The notes under the pieces were generated by a model. The model was not told the origin of the DNA, ran no database searches, and worked only from the letters and a program-made list of their open reading frames with translations. Position numbers and translations under genes: made by a program. DNA of 64,000 nucleotides from Promethearchaeota archaeon. Lineage in GTDB: Archaea; Asgardarchaeota; Heimdallarchaeia; Hodarchaeales; Hodarchaeaceae. Location: assembly GCA_048938105.1 (NCBI GenBank), contig JBHLMN010000002.1, positions 256,001-320,000 of the forward strand. Direction: 5' to 3'. Shown in pieces: positions 60,698 through 64,000 of the stretch (its first letter is position 1; the number at the start of each line of letters is the position of its first letter).

Positions 60698-62653
60698 TTA
60701 AGTTAGTTCCTTTCTAAATTCATCCCACGATTTAATCGTAAGACCATATTTCCTAGCTTTTTCTAATTTTGTGGATCCTGGTTTTTCCCCCATTACTAAT
60801 ATATCAAGTTTTTTAGAAAGTGGTGCCCATTCATAACCCTGTTCTTTAACTAATTTCTTTACTTCTTTTTTTGTCATTCCTTTGATTTTACCTGTGACAT
60901 AAATAGTCTTACCTACTTCCGGTTCTTGATCAAAAGGTCTTTCCACGTCTCTACTAGAAGGAAGGAACATATCTAAACCGTTGGATCTCATTTTTTTTGG
61001 TATTGGTTTTTTTGCTTCTTGATAGATGATTTCAACACCCTTTTCAAGAAGTTGATCTCCTAAGGAGGGATTATGAAGGCCAGAGTAGATATAACCAGCA
61101 GTGAGATCAGAGATACCTTCTAGTAGGGTTAATTGACTCACAGTGGCATTTTTCAAATCAATATAGGAGTTAAAGCGTTTAGCTAAAGTCTTCGCCATAC
61201 CTGTGCCAAGAGATTCAATACCTAATCCTGCAAGAAATACATGAAAGGGAAGCGTCTTTTTTTCTTGAATATTAGCAAAAATTTTAGATCCATTTTTACC
61301 TAAATGATTCACAAGGACTCTTTCAGTTAATTTTGTATCATATAGGTCTGTAAAATGTCTAATAAGATCTAAATCATAGAGTTTTGCAATATTCTTTGGC
61401 CCTAAACCTTCGATATCAGTTATTCTCACCCAATGACGAATACTTTGGATATCACGGTCACGGCATTCTGCTCCAGTACAGATAAGGTTGACACCTTCAC
61501 GCTTTAATACTGAGCCACAGGAAGGACAGTCTTTAGGAAATGATGTTTCATTATCCCCCTTCGAGACTAATTCAGTTATCTTGGGGATAACATCACCAGA
61601 ACGGATAACCATAACCGTGTCACCTTTAGCCACCCCTAAGGTTTCCAGAAATTCAGCATTATGTAATGTTGCTCGTTTAATAACAGCACCCATCACTTCG
61701 ACTGGTTCTAGTTCTGCTACAGGAGTAAGTACACCTGTTCTACCAACCTGCCATGTAATATCTTGGACAACAGAAATGTCTCCCTGACTAGCAAATTTTA
61801 AGGCAATCATCCATTTAGGATGGTGTTCAGTTCTTCCTGCAGATACTCGTTGGTTTGCATCATTAAGCTTGAAGATAAGTCCATCAATTTCAAAATCTAG
61901 TCTTTGACGTTCTTGTTCGATACGGTCAAACAATATTTCAATTTCATGCCTAGTAGGGGATAATAATAATTCAAACTCAGTAGTATTAAATCCCCAAGAA
62001 CGTAGAATCTCTCCATGAGCTTTCAATGAGGCATTCTCTTCTATTCCTAACAATTCAAAAGCAAAGAATTCTAGTGACCGTTTATCCAAAAGACCGAGAT
62101 CTTTTTGCTTTACTGTACCAACAGCTAAATTTCGAGGACTACTATAATCAATTCCTTCAGTGGCTTTAATACGGTTAAATTCTGAGATATTCATGAAAAG
62201 TTCCCCACGCACATTGACAGTTGAAGGATGAGGAATTATCTTAGGAATTGATGAGATTTTAAAGACAGGTAAAGTCACATCATCTCCCATAACACCATTT
62301 CCTCGTGTGGCAGCCTGAACCAAACGGCCATTTTTATAAATGAGGGATAAAGAAAAGCCATCAATCTTGTAACCAGCATAAAGATCGGCCCCCTGGCTCC
62401 ACTTAACTACTTCATCAATATCAATTGCTTTTTGACATGATAGCATGGGTGTTTCATGTGTTATCTTTCCACCTTCAGGTGTTCCAACTATGTAGAGAAC
62501 AGGATTTTGAGGATCAATCCGTTGAAGCTTTTCTTCCAACGCATCATAAGCCTCATCTGAAATTTCGGGTTCACCATCATAATATTTTTTCTTATGGTAT
62601 AATATTTGATCCACTAGCTTTTTGATTTCAGCAGTTTTCGGTTTATTTGCCAT
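60698..62653 (-). CDS. ligA: NAD+-dependent DNA ligase
   Basis: YY.GEPEISDEAYD, KIDG, ATRGNG, VRGE, EIDG, QVGRTG, RATLHN, GDVIP, C4 Zn finger, HhH, BRCT. Confidence 0.95.
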   Translation of the reverse strand: MANKPKTAEIKKLVDQILYHKKKYYDGEPEISDEAYDALEEKLQRIDPQNPVLYIVGTPEGGKITHETPMLSCQKAIDIDEVVKWSQGADLYAGYKIDGFSLSLIYKNGRLVQAATRGNGVMGDDVTLPVFKISSIPKIIPHPSTVNVRGELFMNISEFNRIKATEGIDYSSPRNLAVGTVKQKDLGLLDKRSLEFFAFELLGIEENASLKAHGEILRSWGFNTTEFELLLSPTRHEIEILFDRIEQERQRLDFEIDGLIFKLNDANQRVSAGRTEHHPKWMIALKFASQGDISVVQDITWQVGRTGVLTPVAELEPVEVMGAVIKRATLHNAEFLETLGVAKGDTVMVIRSGDVIPKITELVSKGDNETSFPKDCPSCGSVLKREGVNLICTGAECRDRDIQSIRHWVRITDIEGLGPKNIAKLYDLDLIRHFTDLYDTKLTERVLVNHLGKNGSKIFANIQEKKTLPFHVFLAGLGIESLGTGMAKTLAKRFNSYIDLKNATVSQLTLLEGISDLTAGYIYSGLHNPSLGDQLLEKGVEIIYQEAKKPIPKKMRSNGLDMFLPSSRDVERPFDQEPEVGKTIYVTGKIKGMTKKEVKKLVKEQGYEWAPLSKKLDILVMGEKPGSTKLEKARKYGLTIKSWDEFRKELT

Positions 62654-62837
62654 TAATACCGACCTGGTTTACGTAAATTTACTCTAATATTTATTTGTTG
62701 AAAAATTTGAGTATCAGGTTAGACTTTCCTTCCTGTTAAGACTAGATTATCATTATATATAGATTATTTGTGAAAAATATATTAAAAATGAATGAAGACA
62801 GAGAACTGAAAAAGTATCTTAAGTGTGTTGAGCCTCA

Positions 62838-63674
62838 ATGGAAATTGATTTACTTTTGAAAGTTGGGGGATCCTGCATTTCCAATAAGACATTATTATAT
62901 AAAGCATTGAAAACGAAATCTCCTGAAGATATTAAGGCAGCTCTTAATATTAATCCAGAAAGAATTGACCAAATAGCTGAGGAAATTGGGAATGCCTATT
63001 TCAGCATGAAAAAGATGATAATATTGACAGGAGTCGGGAGTCCTGGCCATTTTACCGTTTTAAAACATAAATTGCATAAAGGAGATAGTGGGCAGTTTGA
63101 ACAGCACCTAGGTATATTAGAAGCGCAAATTTCCGTAAACCGACTTAGACAATGCATCTTAGAATCCTTTTTAAAGTATAAAATACCCGCATTTCAAGCT
63201 TATGCTTCTAGCATGTATGAATCCAATAAGATGCGAATTATAAGGTCAAATACGGAGAATATAGAGAAGTTCTTAGCTTTAGGATTAGTTCCACTGATTT
63301 CCGGGGATATGGTTCCAGATATGACAATGGGATACAGCGTACTTTCGGGAGATCAGATATTGTCTGATTTAGCCAAAAAATTTTCACCAAGAAAAATAGT
63401 TTACGGGTCAGATGTGGACGGTATTTTTGATTCAGATCCAAAATTGAATCCTAACTCTCAATTAATACCAGAGATATCTCTTGATGAAATAGATTCTATA
63501 ATAGAAGAAATTTCTGGAGAAGATGCGTCGGGACAGATGAGAGGAAAGCTTATGGAGATTAAGATTTTATTAAATACTGGATTTAAAGAAATTATACTTC
63601 TCAATATGACAAAAAAAGGGATTCTTCAACGAGTATTGAATGAGGAAGATGCACCATGTACTCGATTTTATTAA
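62838..63674 (+). CDS. ipk: Isopentenyl phosphate kinase (amino-acid kinase family)
   Basis: KVGGS, GSPGH, SGDMV, SGDQI, DVDG, DASGQMRGKL. Confidence 0.8.
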   Translation: MEIDLLLKVGGSCISNKTLLYKALKTKSPEDIKAALNINPERIDQIAEEIGNAYFSMKKMIILTGVGSPGHFTVLKHKLHKGDSGQFEQHLGILEAQISVNRLRQCILESFLKYKIPAFQAYASSMYESNKMRIIRSNTENIEKFLALGLVPLISGDMVPDMTMGYSVLSGDQILSDLAKKFSPRKIVYGSDVDGIFDSDPKLNPNSQLIPEISLDEIDSIIEEISGEDASGQMRGKLMEIKILLNTGFKEIILLNMTKKGILQRVLNEEDAPCTRFY

Positions 63675-63707
63675 TATGTAAGATAGAAATGGCTGAAATT
63701 TTCTGAA

Positions 63708-63998
63708 TTATGAGTTATCAATTTTGATTCTCAATATCAATTCAAGAGCTTGTTGTAAATGGTCTGAAACATCGTTTGATAGCACAGGAATCCCCTCGAG
63801 GGTGTTTATGCCCTCAGTGATAATAATTCCAGTTATAAATAAGGGTTTTCGATCATTAAAACGTTTTTTTGTCTCATAATAGTCTTCAGTACCCTTACAA
63901 ACAAAAATTAACGGGATTTCAGGGAATATTGAGGGATAACTTTCACATAATACAACATCAATTTCTAGTGGGAGATATCGAAGGAGAGTATGTAAATC
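63708..63998 (-). CDS. C-terminal part of a gene running off the window, possibly MobB-like
   Basis: Open frame ...LEIDVVLCESYPSIFPEIPLIFV...FITGII..LEGIPVL...DNS*. Confidence 0.45.
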   Translation of the reverse strand, partial: DLHTLLRYLPLEIDVVLCESYPSIFPEIPLIFVCKGTEDYYETKKRFNDRKPLFITGIIITEGINTLEGIPVLSNDVSDHLQQALELILRIKIDNS

Positions 63999-64000
63999 AG

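Noticed and set aside
490-63441. Numerous short antisense or overlapping ORFs in the track (e.g. 490-903, 17864-18406, 58145-58480, 59228-59611)
   Set aside because: They are shadows of well-supported genes on the other strand or frame and carry no motifs.
1-64000. CRISPR arrays, tRNA/rRNA genes, transposases, integrases, inteins in rtcB/rfc
   Set aside because: No spaced repeats or GC-rich structured RNA stretches were seen by eye, and RtcB and RFC have normal lengths. A tRNAscan/Infernal run would be needed to exclude small RNAs.

Overview
AT-rich archaeal chromosomal segment in the standard genetic code, most consistent with an Asgard archaeon (Heimdallarchaeia/Hodarchaeales-like). This assignment is inferred from Alba, CarS, isopentenyl phosphate kinase, PCNA-RFC, archease-RtcB, LRR and TPR proteins, and a PGF-type sorting signal. 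The first ~23 kb is an anaerobic aromatic/acyl-CoA catabolic cluster: Had- and Oah-type benzoyl-CoA pathway enzymes, two thiolases, a DUF35-SDR fusion, two acyl-CoA dehydrogenases around a ferredoxin-fused ETF, Hbd, a CoA ligase, an aminotransferase and IorAB. An LRR gene, a pseudogene and small ORFs interrupt it. 23-28 kb holds an orphan CitF converging on a non-canonical ATP-citrate-lyase-like pair (SCS-beta-like, plus SCS-alpha fused to citryl-CoA lyase). The rest is mostly housekeeping genes. It also carries a three-gene cell-surface module (two related secreted proteins around a membrane-anchored winged-helix regulator) with a shared upstream DNA motif. I found no rRNA, tRNA, CRISPR array or transposase. 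All product calls come from motif recognition by eye; no database searches were run.
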